Below, piece by piece: positions 40,098 to 53,649 of a stretch of 64,000 nt of DNA; within the stretch, counting starts at the first letter, position 1, and each line of letters starts with the position of its first letter. The DNA is from Octopus vulgaris (lineage: Eukaryota). Position numbers and translations under genes: made by a program. The notes under the pieces are model-generated. The model did not search any database and was not told where the DNA came from. It saw only the letters and a list, made by a program, of their open reading frames with translations. The stretch is from NCBI GenBank assembly GCA_951406725.2, contig OX597823.1, positions 107,136,001 to 107,200,000 on the forward strand. Reading direction: 5' to 3'.

Positions 40098-40512
40098 ATA
40101 TGAGTTCAACAAAAATTTATATTCAGATGAATGAGGGACTTAAGTTGAGGCGCCAGAATTTAGTATGGTATTATCCATACAATTTCAAAATAGGATGATT
40201 AGAATAAAAATAAGCAACAACGATATCCAGAGGTATTGCAGTACGATCGTTTCACGCAACTCCATTTTATTGAACAAAGCAACCATTACATCAATTTGAA
40301 TGCACAAAGTCATAGAATTTAATTATATTAAAACAGATGGACACAGTATAATTTTGCCTAAAATCTCCAAGAGGCTAAGGAGATAGACAAAGAACATGCT
40401 GCCTTTCCTCCCACATAGAAGCTACTTAGGGATCAGGAAGAAAGACTTGTTACGGATTTTAAATACGATCGTACAGCATTACTCCTGGATATCCTTGTTG
40501 CTTATTTTGATT

Positions 40513-40568
<56 letters not shown>

Positions 40569-40656
40569 TGAGAAATAGGTTGTTATATATTTTTGCGTGT
40601 GTATGTACACACATACACGCACACACACACACACACAGTATATATAAATAAATACA

Positions 40657-40892
40657 GGAGCACTCCGTCGGGATCAACAGAACAGCTTGCTCGTGAAATT
40701 AACATGCAAGTGACTGAGCAATCCACAGACACGTGATTCAGCATGACACGGTGTGTTACAAGACTGGCCCTTTGAAATACAGGTACAACTCATTGTTGCC
40801 TGGTGAATGGACTCAAGCAACGTGAAATATAGTGTCTTGCTCAAAGAGACAATCGTGAGTCGAATGCCTTAACCACTAAACCACGTGCCTTC
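40657..40892 (-). mobile_element. tRNA-derived SINE sharing its 3' module with 20418-20590
   Basis: The head tgaaggcacgtggtttagtggttaaggcattcgactcacgat is A-box-like, the middle ttgagcaagacact is CORE-like, and the tail is shared. Confidence 0.7.
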
Positions 40893-40930
40893 ACACACAC
40901 ACACACACACACACATGTATACATATATAC

Positions 40931-40993
<63 letters not shown>

Positions 40994-41071
40994 TATTTAT
41001 ACATATATATTTATATAGATAGATAGATAGATATAGATATAGATATATAGATATCTATGTATGTTTATATT

Positions 41072-41154
<83 letters not shown>

Positions 41155-41235
41155 TTTTTGCGCGTGTGTGTGTATTTTACAGAAAAAAACATACGTGCAT
41201 CCATACATACATACATACATACATACATACATACA

Positions 41236-41267
<32 letters not shown>

Positions 41268-41552
41268 CATCCATTGTGTTGGTGAGAGTGGCGATAATAG
41301 AAGACACCTCGCTCTGAATAACGTCGCTTCTCACGTGTGTCTGTCGAATGTTGTTTTGTCTTTGAAAATTTTAATCACTGAGAAGTTTAGAAAAACAGAA
41401 TTTCCAGTTTGTGTTGAATAATGTTTTAAGATTTTTAGTATTGTTTCATTGTGAAACACACATAGCAGAGTAAACAGCTTTCCCCGCCACCACCACCACC
41501 ACAACCAGTATCATATATCCCCAACTACTCGTTCGGCTTTATCATTATCACC

Positions 41553-41585
<33 letters not shown>

Positions 41586-41839
41586 GTCGTCATCATCATC
41601 ATCATCATCATCATCATCAGCGACATCGACTTTCATCCTGTTGTTATTCTTATAATTTTTAATTTAATGAAAATTTAGAATATAAAAATAATACAAAAAG
41701 TAACCTCCCGCCTCCTAAAAAAAAATTTAAAAAACACCAGAAACGAAATATATAAAAAAAGAAAAAAACTATTTAATTAAAATAATGCACCAAGTCAGTG
41801 TAACATGTGACTGATAGCTTATGGAAAGAGAATGGGTGG

Positions 41840-41986
41840 GCGAAGTGGCTGTGGTGGTGGCGGTGGTGGTGTAGCTTGTAGGGGTGGCGGCAACGCTGAG
41901 CAGCAGTAGTAGTAGTAGTAGTAGTAGTATAGTAATAGCAGTAGCAGCAGGAATAGTATTATTGTTAGTATTATTATTATTATTAT

Positions 41987-42030
<44 letters not shown>

Positions 42031-42112
42031 ATAGTAGTAGTAGTAGTAGTAGTAGCAGCAGCAGCAGCAGTAGTAGTAGCAGCACTAGTATTATTGTTAT
42101 TATTATTATTAT

Positions 42113-42148
<36 letters not shown>

Positions 42149-42250
42149 GTGTTTATTGTCGTTGGCGGTGTTGTAGTGGTAGTGGTACTGGTGGTAGTAA
42201 TGGAAGTATTGGTGGTAGTGTCAGGGTGGTGGTGGTGGTGGTGATTGTCG
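41840..42250. repeat. (GTA)n/(GCA)n/(TTA)n/(GTG)n trinucleotide low-complexity tract
   Basis: Seen directly in the sequence. Confidence 0.95.
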
Positions 42251-42781
42251 TTTTCCTCGTCAGGGCTGTAGTAAAACTAGTGTTAGAGGTGGTGATACTG
42301 GTGCGTCTCGAGGGTCGGATGTCTAGTGTGGGAGATGAACTCAGCAAATCTTTATGTTTAACTGCTGACGATGAAGGTCGGATATTAAAAAAAAAAAATT
42401 AAGAGAAGTGAGAAAAAGAAACGTAATAACATAGAGAATGAGGAAAAGAGAGAGAGAGGGGGGTAAAGAGAGAGGGTGGAAAAGAGGGAGGGAACGTAGA
42501 TTAAGAGAAAGAAAAAGGTAGGGAAAGAGAGAGTGCGGTAAGTGGCGACCTAGATTCTATAGAAGACAAGATGTAAACATCTAGACTGCAAAGGGCGACA
42601 GGTACGAGTTTATTGCATTAACGTTTGTGCTTCATATTGCACATACGCACGGAAAGTAATGTTGCTGCACAAGGCAACAGTTTATATATATATATGTAAG
42701 GTATATAATATACCTATGTACAGTCATAGCTTATTTTGTTTATTGGACACACACACCAAACAAAGTCTCGCCACCTCATAT

Positions 42782-42821
<40 letters not shown>

Positions 42822-42982
42822 TGTGCATATAGGATTAGGGCGTATGATGAAGAAGTTCCTTTCGTACCCATACGGTTTCGGATACAATCTTTGGACAAAT
42901 GATGCGTACAAAATCCCCGAATTGATCAGTATTTTGTGAATGAGATTTGGTAGACATACGTACATGCATACATACATACATT

Positions 42983-43032
<50 letters not shown>

Positions 43033-43372
43033 ATACGAGGAGTTTTCGTCCAAGAGACTCAAACTAATAGGTGTGCACTATATATATATATATATATAGT
43101 TCAAATTTACAGAAAACTGAAGACAAATGAAGGAACAACAAACAGGTGTGTTAGTTTGACACCCGAGAAGAATGGACGCCATGACGTTTCCAGCCTACGC
43201 AATGTAAATATGTAAGTATAAAAGACACGAGAAGTTTTCGTCAAGGTGACTCAAACTATTAATTATGTACTATACATATATAATTAAATAATAAGGGTAG
43301 AAATTTATATTAATCAATTAAAACCAGTGGCTTAGCGTATTTAAATAATCCGAAGATTAAAAATTATATCAC

Positions 43373-43820
43373 ATACAAAATTAAGAGGAATGACCACCAA
43401 AGTGGACTCCTAATATGCTAGATATAGATGTCAAATCGCCTAACCACGAAGAGTGTGTTCTCAAGAAAAAAAATTTCTGCAAAACGCCAGAATGTAAAAA
43501 TGAGTAAGACAAAATGAAGACATTTGAAAAATACACCAAATATAATTTGCAAAACTTTTTACATGCTCTCTTTTGGGTGAGCGTTCTGTGTCTAGCTCTG
43601 GAAATTATGTTTTGTAAACGACAGACTACGCTGATGAGCCTGCAGATGTTTAGATGCCTAAATATTAACAAGCGAAACCATTGGTAATGTTTTTTTTATT
43701 TCGTATATTTTCATTTGTCTTGCTCATTTTTACATTCTGGCGTTTTGCTGAATTTGGTTTGACGTCTATATCTAGCATATTATAAGTCCACTTTGGTGGT
43801 CATTCCTCTTAATTTTGTAT
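43373..43820. mobile_element. Fold-back element with ~120-bp imperfect inverted arms enclosing a hammerhead motif
   Basis: 43373-43520 is approximately the reverse complement of 43700-43820 (the left arm has an extra ~35 nt). Confidence 0.7.
43627..43690 (+). ncRNA. Type I hammerhead ribozyme-like motif
   Basis: CTGATGA (43631-37); stem II GCCTG/CAAGC extended by ATGTTTAG-atgc-CTAAATAT; GAAA (43674-77); stem III ACC-att-GGT; GUA triplet. Stem I is poor, so activity is unproven. Confidence 0.6.
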
Positions 43821-43847
43821 ATATGTGTATATATATATGTATGTATG

Positions 43848-43907
<60 letters not shown>

Positions 43908-44224
43908 TATAGATATATTATATATATATATATATGATATATATTATATATATATATATTATATATATATATAATATATATATATATATATTATATAGAT
44001 GTCATATATATATATGTGTGTGTGTGTGTATGTATGTATATGTATATATAATCTTTTAAAACAGCACACTAACCACATCCAGTTCAGCGTTCATTGTGTG
44101 CAGATGACGTTGATCTTCAGTCAAATAATAGCTGCATTACGTCACTTCAGTTAGTCACTCATCTACCCACGTTTGAGTGAACGTAGGTAGGTGCAGTACA
44201 ATTGACTATTTGTAACAAATTGAC

Positions 44225-45190
44225 TAACGAAGGATTTAGAAGTACACCTTATTTGTGTGAAACTGTTTTACTTTTAAGAGGATTTTTCTAATGTTGCAAC
44301 AGGGCAATGAGATGTGTTTGAGACGTACGCAATATCACGTCTGATACAAGCGTTCCAAATCAATAGAACACTCATCGAAGTTGATCCCAACTCTCGACAA
44401 CCTTCCTCAATAACATGATCACACGCAAATATGTTTGCTGGGATCCATGAAAATCATCACCAAACTAGCCGTGAAGTTTCTGAAGAAGTAAACGTCTGTA
44501 AAAGTTGGCATCACAAGATTTTTCTAGGAGCATTGAAGATGCATTGTGTCGCCATATTTATGCCATGTCTGCTGACAGACGCTCAAAAGGGGAACAAAGT
44601 ACGCAGTTTGTCTGGGCCTGTATGATCGTTCGAATGTTCTCGAATGCTTTCTAAAAAGTATCATAACATATCATATTTTTCAGACCAAACTTTACAACCA
44701 AAAAGAAAGTAGGCCAAATTATTAATGGACCGAGACGACCTTAGAAGACCAAAAATGTCATGTGAAATACAACAGGATTTAGAAAGACAGTTTCGATGTA
44801 TGAATGTTTACTCTATTTCCTATATCGACTTTTATGCCGGAAAATACCATATAAGGAAATGTAGGTGTACGATTATATTTTCAAAATGGAAAGACACTTT
44901 ACAACGGGTTATTTCATCGATGAAGTGTCAAAAGAAAAAAATGTACCTAAAAGTCTTTTTATTTTTTTAATACATGAGCTTGTTCCATGAAGTCATGATG
45001 AATAAATAGTTTTACTTCGAAATACTAAGACCTTCGAAAGAGGTTGTCCGATGATAGAGGCTTGAAACATGGACAAGCCAAACTGGTTCGTTGTACCACG
45101 GCAGTGCACCTGGGTATGCTTCATTCTATATCTATGACTTTTTTATCCCTGCATATAGATTTTGTTCCTAAAATTGAAATCAAATCTGAA
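44225..45190 (+). mobile_element. Decayed mariner transposase
   Basis: Fragments IHENHHQTSREVSEEVNVCKSWHHKIFLGALKMHCVAIFMPCLLTDAQK (cf. WVPRLLT) and HELVP...NK*FYFEILRPSKEVVR**RLETW...LYHGSAPG (cf. HDNAPAH). Many stops and frameshifts. Confidence 0.82.
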
Positions 45191-46004
45191 ACATCACTTT
45201 TCACGGGTTGACTTGAGAAGCAGCGAGTCAAGTTACTTTTCCAAAAATCGAACTTGCGTAGTTAATCATATTCCATACATATTTTTAAAATATATTAATT
45301 TAAAATTATATCTTTAGCATTCTTGATGTTGCTTGCACGGGTGAAAGATAGAATAAATAAGAGCTCCAACAGCAGAAATATTTTTTCGCTAGTTTTCAGT
45401 GGCAGGTCGACGATGCTTTGTTAAATGATAGTTTGGGCAAATACAGCAAGATAAGATAAATTTACTAAATGCTGATAAAATTCCTTAAAGTCTATATTTA
45501 AAATTGAGTGTTAGAGTTATTAATTTGTTATGACTACGATAAATTTATAAATTTCCTGATACGTTTGTTATAAACACATCAACGCGTTCAGTATTTTGAC
45601 TTCGCCTGGTCTAACGACCCTCCATGTTTGTTTTCGTTTGGTTTCCTTGTATGTCTCCACTGTTCTGTTTTTGTTACCAACTTTGACCCTCCGCAAATCC
45701 CAAATTTTATTTTGGTATTTATGGGAGCAACTGCCTTCGAAGACTCATCTTGTTGTTCAATGCGTGAAATGAGGAGCGGTTGGACAGGCAGCAACTGATG
45801 AAAGGTCGTTCTTTATGTTATTTGTCCTGTTTTTCATTTGTTTCTCTCGCTGTTTGAGTATCATCTCATTTGTTTTCAATTTAATGCTGTTTACGGTTTG
45901 TGACGTCCTGTACCCATACATACATACACACATATATATATACACATACATATGTATGTATGTACATATACATATCTATGCATATGTGTGTGTGTATTTG
46001 TGTG

Positions 46005-46355
46005 TCTGTGTTTGTCCCCCCACCATCGCTTGTTGGTGTGCCCGTAACTTTGCGGTTCGACAAAATAGACTGATAGAATAAGTACTAGGCTTACAAATGG
46101 ATAAGTCCTGGGGTCGATTTGTTCGACTAAAGGCAGTGCTCTAGCATGGCCGCAGTCAAATGACGGAAACAAGAAAAAGAATATGTATATATAAGGACCT
46201 TCTTCCAGTTTCCGTCTATCAAATCCACTCACAAGTCTTTAGCCGTCCCCAGACTTTAGTAAAAGATACTTGCCCAAGGTACCATGCAATGGAATTGAAC
46301 CCGGAACCATGCAGTTGGGAAGCAAGTGTCTTACAACACAGCCACGCCTACGCCT
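46005..46355. mobile_element. Family B SINE halves in opposite orientations
   Basis: The tail module is on + (46005-46180) and the head module on - (46195-46355). Confidence 0.75.
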
Positions 46356-46360
46356 GTGAC

Positions 46361-46402
<42 letters not shown>

Positions 46403-46421
46403 GTGTATGTGTATATGTGTC

Positions 46422-46501
<80 letters not shown>

Positions 46502-46552
46502 AACATGCATATCCATACACATCTATATTGTATGAACAGATGCATACACACC

Positions 46553-46592
<40 letters not shown>

Positions 46593-47828
46593 GCATGAAA
46601 TATTTTAGGGAGAGAGAACAATAAGAATGCCTATTAGAGAAGAGTTATTGTTCCTTGTTTGATAACTACGCCTGGATACATTTGATTCCTTGAATGCTCA
46701 ATCCTGAATCCAGATCTGATTCGTAGATACAGACATTTCACAGAGATCCAAATAAGGCTTGGGAACCCTATAAAAGTTTAGAAATATTTATCGCTGAAAA
46801 TATTCCAGGTCAACAAACAGCTTTTAAAAGCAAGTATACAGATACCAATGATGCTTAATATTGGAATTAAAACTCGGGGTCGAACTGTAATTTAATAAGT
46901 ATAACTGAAATTTAATTTCAAATAAAGTAACAAATCAATTTTTTATGTTAATAGTTTTATATTTCAAATTTTTAGTTTATCACGTTAATTTATTTATTTA
47001 TTTATTTATTTATTGTGTGTATGAGTCGATTTTTTCCACTTATTTCAAATTATGAAAACATCTCAGTTTTAATCACTTTTGAAATTTCAAACCGGATAAC
47101 AAAAATTGAATGTAGATCAGCAAACATTAAATCGACACCCCTTCCTCGTTCTAACCTATTTAAACAGTGAATAAAAATATGTCAGTACAGCTCAAATATC
47201 TCACCTTCAAAACTAAGTACATTACACATACCACACAACATATAATACTTACACATACACACACATACAAATACACAAATACACGCACATACACAACAGA
47301 ACATATTGACCGCTTTCATTCCTATATATTTTTGTGTTAATAAAGCATAGCTTTTATTAGCACTTTCTTCTTATACATACACACACAGACACACACATAC
47401 ACATACACACACATATATGTGCGTGTGTTTGTGTGTGTATTTGTGTGTTTGTGTACGCGCGTGTGCATGTATGTATATAACGTTTATAATATGTATGTAT
47501 TCAGAAATAATATAATTTTTATTTCTTTTCTCAGTATATATTTTTTCCCATAAAGCTGTCCCTTTCCTTCTTTATTCTCATGAATAATATTCCCCTCCCT
47601 TTTTACACAAAGGCCTTCTATTTGGAAGGTAAAGGGAACTGAAGTTTTGAAATTCATTCTTTTAGTAAAGATATTAACATACTAGGTCAAGTGGAATGGC
47701 TTTATCGGGAATTGAAACCGTGTCAGTCTCAACTGTACTGAAATCTTATTTATCAACTGTACTGAAATCTTATTTATGTTACCTCTATTAATCTAAAACC
47801 CATGACATATTCAATACCGAAAATAGTG

Positions 47829-48055
47829 GTTTCAAATTTTGGCACAAGGCCAGCAAGTTCAAAGGAGAAGTAAATCGATTACATCGACCCCCAGTGTCCA
47901 ACTGGTATTTATTTTATCGACACCGAAAGGATGAAATGCAAAGTCGATCTTGGTGTAATTTCAACTCAGAACTTGAAGTCGGATAAAATGTCTCAAAATA
48001 TTTTGCCTCTAAGCATTTTGTCCGGAGTACTAACAATTCTGCCAGCTCGTCGCCT
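47829..48055 (-). mobile_element. Family A SINE
   Basis: Head, core and the tttcaaattttggcacaaggccagc tail are present. Confidence 0.8.
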
Positions 48056-49544
48056 TTTCCTTCATTAACAGAAATACTAACTTCTTATAATGGCATAATA
48101 CCGTTATTATAAATAGCAACCAATCTCTATCCCATATTTTGACGCCTTCAAAGAGAATACATTGCACAATGTAGTCCTCGATACACTATGTCACCAGAAT
48201 ACGGGATGGTTGCTGCAGGAATGTCTAAGATAACCAGACTTATGTATCTGAGCTGTGGAAGGTTAGAAGTGATCGTTCGACCTTCTAAAAAACATCAATC
48301 AAATCTCTCCAAAGTTATTTCCCACTGTCTTAAAAAAGCCTACCGGATAATATATTCCTTAGGTAAACTATGTATCCCTAAGGGGAAGGATCAAAGTGCT
48401 TACAACGTAATTGATCTTAGGCTAGCTTCATCAGAATTAACTTGGAGTTAAACAACAGTAACATCACAGGATTAGCCAAAACTGGCTGTATTGTTATCTA
48501 ATTTCTACCCCACCCACCGGGGGAAAGTACAAAAATTTAATAAAGCACTCCTTAATCTGAATTCGGAGATATATTCTACTTTTCTAGGTGTTTGGATAAA
48601 CTTTTAGCTGCATCACTTTATGAATTCAAAACGCAATAGAGACGATAGTCATTCATCCATAGCTCCCCTAGAGTCCAACGCCGATATCAGGTGTACCAGT
48701 CATGTACGACGTCGCTTTAATCAACTACACGAATGAGTAACCACGTAGTCGCTCGATCTACTTGAAATAGCAGCCAAAATTCTCTGAATTACATTCAACT
48801 GTCTTAAAAGAAGAATATTTTGAATAATGTAGTCTGGAGCACATTATGTATGAGAACAGAAAACGGGATGGTCATGGCTTGAGGATTTTGAGGCTATCCA
48901 ACCAGGGTTGACCTGGGGCTAAATGAGAGAGGAAAAAGAACAATGACAACAGCCCTACATTAAAACTTGTGGCCTTTAAGTGTCTCTTATCCCATGCCTT
49001 AGTCCTTCCCCTCTCACTCTTTATCTCTCACTATATATATCTCACTCTCTATGTATACATATCTCACAGTACCCCCCAGCAAGAGCAGCAACACCACCCC
49101 CGCCCCCTCCGCAACAACAGCAGCAGCAGCAGCACTAGCAGTATGACGGGAGAAATTGATTTTAAAATGTTATGACAAAATTTGAATGAATAAAAAAGTA
49201 GAAAAATAGTTAAGTAGGCCAGTGAAAAGTTCATTCTCAGGTTAGCTGGAGCCGCCCACGGTGACTCTACAAGTCGGCGGAGAGTAGAGGCGGGGGTACG
49301 CATAGAACGCGGAGTGGAGTTAGACAGAAGGGCTTCTTCCCTTTGTTGAACATGCTAAACGATAGATCTTGTTTAAGGAAAACCTGCAGTTGAGTGTGGG
49401 CTGGTAACTGTTGTCTCTATAAGTATGAATGTGTGTGTGTGCGCGTGAAAAAGAGAAAAAGAGTAAAAACGGAGCGTATGTATGCGTGCGCGTTCGTCAT
49501 ACATTTGTCAACCGACACGCTGTAACGTGTACATACATACATAC

Positions 49545-49578
<34 letters not shown>

Positions 49579-49767
49579 TTCTAGATAACAGTGCTTCATT
49601 TGGTACGCATGCGTGAGTGATTGTAAGTTGGAAGAGGTGGGATCATTCACACACACACACACCCACTCATACACACACACACACACTCATACACACACGC
49701 ACGCACACACACACATAACCTTCTAAATGATTATATATTTGTGAGCGTTTTGCATGGATGTGTCTGC

Positions 49768-49912
<145 letters not shown>

Positions 49913-51106
49913 CTTCTCCCTTACATAGCATTGTGATAAAAGTATTTTGCTAAGCTCGAACAAATAACTTTGAAAAGGCGTGCTTTGAAAATGAAAAATG
50001 TTTTCTCGTTTATTAAAATATAATTTATGAATTTCGGTGTTGTTCAGCAGATGACCTGTTAGGAGACCCCTGCGTTGAAACTGAATTATCGTTGAAATGC
50101 CATTTCAGACAGTGAAGGACACATAAATGCTGTTGTAATATTCTGTTTCCTTTTATTTCTTATTCGTACAGTCTATCATGTAGTGCCAACATTTTCATCG
50201 CATTCCTACGACATAATCATTGATTCAAGACTTCTACAACTGTTGAAAACTAGATCAAATCTGTAAATTCTAATTTCGGCAAGAACATTTGGGAAAGCCA
50301 TTGCGACCAGTGTATTACAAAACTGTAATCAACATCAACGTAAGAAATATAGTATACTTTAAAAGATACCAAGAAAAGTTATGTCTTACACAAACCTCTA
50401 TGAAACTTACATAAGTGTAATAGTTCAGTGTATAGGGGAAAAATTTATACATACAGGGAATTATACCTAATGAACTGGTTTACATTATTTATCCTGATTT
50501 TCTGCGCTCTGCATTGAATCCTGCCAAGGTGAACTTTGTTTCTCATATTATAAGGGGTGATAAAATATAGTACCTGTCCAGGGCCCTGTATTGACTGTAT
50601 TGTTTGAGTGTCGGACGAAATGATTTGCAGTATTTGTCATGGTTCTTTTCTTGGGTGATAGAATTATTATCCGGTTAATACCACCACTTAGTCCCTGAGT
50701 GTCTTTAGCCGGGTTCATTTAGTTGAAAGCAATCGGACCCGATCTCTGGTGGGAAGCATTTGTCCCAGGTCTTCCTCTCACCAATCCCCGAAGCCCTGAA
50801 AAATATAAGGCTTTGAGTACTGCCCGTCCCTCCTTGACTTAACAGTGAAAATAGAAAAAAAAAAAAAAACCCAACTTAGTGTGGATATTGTATCATCCTT
50901 ATGATACACTGCTATGATTGGTGACTGAAGCTGTTAGCATTCGTGACTACGAAACCAGTTTTTATTCTAAGTCTGAACGTAATAACACCAACGTACCGTA
51001 TTTATGATTGGGATTTGTGTATATACCAACTACACTGACTTTCATACAAATGTACGTGTGTGTGTGTGTGTGTGTGTGTAAGTGTGCATGTGTGAGCATC
51101 AGTACT

Positions 51107-51141
<35 letters not shown>

Positions 51142-51490
51142 TTATTTATTTAAATTATTTTTTAACCATAGCATTAGCTGTAAACAGGTATTTTAATCGT
51201 TCTGTGAAACAATTTATAAATATACTGAACAAACTATATCTTTAAAATCGCAAAACCAGCTTCCATGAGTAAAACACTATAAATAAGCATTATTTATATA
51301 AGGACATAACAATGATAATGAATTTCATAAATAAATTTACATTTCATAAAGAGACGCAAAAGAAAGGCACTGAGTGTAAAAATGACTAAAAGTCCATTTT
51401 TCTGAAGTCGAAGCAGCGATGATAGAGTTGGAACCCGTTTTTGCAGTTTATTGAACTAACTCATTACAAAAATTACGTCGTATATTAAAC

Positions 51491-51636
51491 CAGTCATGAG
51501 CAAACTGCGGCACGCGGGGCTTTGTGAATTGCACGCCCAACGAAACATTTCCTTGTATTCTTTTTGTAGTGCGGCCTGCTTGATTACGAGCCATGTCTTA
51601 TATGGCCCGCTTCTCAAAAAAGATTGCCTTTTCTTA
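51491..51636. mobile_element. Degenerate hAT (Charlie-like) MITE
   Basis: The left end CAGTCATGAGCAAACTGCGGCACGCGGG and right end GGCCCGC...AAAAAGATTGCC resemble Charlie-type termini. The candidate 8-bp TSD is tattaaac/tattaagt. Confidence 0.5.
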
Positions 51637-52289
51637 TATTAAGTAAACTGATATGTTTATAAGATAAATGTAATAAGCAAGGAGAAAAATGGAAGGGAAC
51701 AGAAAGGCCATAATCCCCTTCCTTCATCGTGGATTATTAAAAACTCATCCGTAACCGATTTTGATCAGATACAGTGGAATTATACAAGTGTACTTGGTCA
51801 TAGGAAGTAATGAAACTTTTTAGTACATTCAGGTAGATTTTCTACCTGAGAAATAAATGGAAGGTGACTATAAAAGTTTCCTTTTAATAAACTAGAATAG
51901 CAAAAAACAACTTTCCCACGATAAATTTGATAATATATTAATATTTATGCTACACTCTCAATGTATTATTTCAAAATATTAATGGAATCACAGCTGTAGC
52001 ATAAATATGACAAATATTAGTGCGGCGACCGAGAAGAAAATTTAAATAACTTCTTTTTTTGTTGGTTTTTTCTTTTTTATAAGGTGATTCATCTCGTAGA
52101 TGAAATAATCTTCAGTTAGAAGTCCTATTAAAGGATTTGATTGTTTTTTCTTAATCCTGTCAGTTACAAGAAGCTAGAATGTTGAAGCTGGGATGTTGGG
52201 AGTAGTTCCCAAATATCACATAAAATTGGTTGAAATAAACTATGAAAGTAACTTAGTGGTGTGAAGACAGACATTGACCCTCTAAAGAA

Positions 52290-52960
52290 AGTCTTCCCAG
52301 TATTATCTGCATGTTAGTGGAAGAGGCGGAGACAAGTGGAGAAGTTTAAATATCTCGGGGCCATATTCACAAGTGATAGCAAGCAGGATGCTGAATTGGA
52401 TGCTAAACTTACAGATGCAGGAACAGTAATGCGCCAGCTCCAGAATTTGATCCTGAGATGAGGAGAGTCTAACAAAAAAACAAAAGCCAAACTTGTTATT
52501 TTCAATTCGGTTTTTCTGCTTACCCTCACTTAAGGTCATGAATATGCTGAATGACCGAAAGAGTACGATCATGAATACAAGCGTCCGAACTGGTGTTCCT
52601 CCGAAGGATCTCTGGAGTAATGCTATTCAACAGGGTGCATAGTTTGGAAATCAGGGAGTCATTCCAGGTCAATCTGCTACAACAGAGCACTGAGGTACCA
52701 CAACTCCAGTGCTGTGAGCATGTGATTTGAACGTCGCAGAAAAGAATCAGAAAGACAGATTCTTCAAATCGAGCCAACCGGTCAGTGATTATGTGGTAGA
52801 CGAATAACGAAATGTTTGGATAATATCCATAGTCTCAGATGGACACATTTGGGATTCTAGCCAGAAAGTGTAATGACACTTGTTTATGATAAAACCCTAT
52901 GGAGGGGGTACCTGACGAATCTACCTCCACAACTACTCCAGGAATATTGCGCAGGTAAAA
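52290..52960 (+). mobile_element. Decayed RTE-clade LINE fragment (Expander/Rex3-like C-terminal part of RT)
   Basis: QVEKFKYLGAIFTSDSKQDAELD...AGTVMRQL...AKLVIFNSVFLLTLT*GHE...MTERVRS*IQASELVFLRRISG, with stops and frameshifts. Confidence 0.82.
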
Positions 52961-53554
52961 TGAATAGATATATGTGTGCGTGTGTATGAGTAGCTCGGGC
53001 ACTCAGAGACTCCGAGTTGGTGCCCGGCGTACTCGAAGATAACTGGGAGCGAGCCGCCCTTAGTTTTTGTTAAAGCACGTCTCTCAGAGGATGTGACTCT
53101 GATATAAAACTAGATATGCAAGGAATGGCAGTAGACATTTCAAGAAACTTTTTCTTGCGCTTCAGATCATAGCACCCCCGCATTCCATAGCCTGCGACCC
53201 ATATTGTAACTAGATATTTTGCCATCTTGCCCCAGTTTGCGTCCGAATCATGTTAGTAGAGTGGAGAGGGTCTATGAGGTGGTGCGCAAGCCTTATTGGA
53301 CTAAAAAAAAGTAGGTTGTGTAATCGTCGACGAGGCAACTATCTAATGCTTGGTCGAATAGGAGTGCATCGCGGCAAGTTCGGAATCAGCGGATGCGAAT
53401 CCGAATGAAGCTGACTTCTGGTGTAATAAATTCATGCACGGCCATTGCTGTCATTTTCCGTGGCAATAGTTAATGACATTCTTCCTCAGTCAAGAGTGGA
53501 CAACTATCATACACACACATACACACACACGCACACACACCGAACAAGGGGAAG

Positions 53555-53649
<95 letters not shown>

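Noticed and set aside
41819-42402. Poly-Val/poly-Leu hydrophobic ORFs resembling membrane proteins
   Set aside because: (GTA)n/(TTA)n trinucleotide repeats.
49064-49303. 79-aa minus-strand ORF with hydrophobic stretches
   Set aside because: The Leu run comes from a CAG/CTG repeat, and there is no recognisable domain or supported splice structure.
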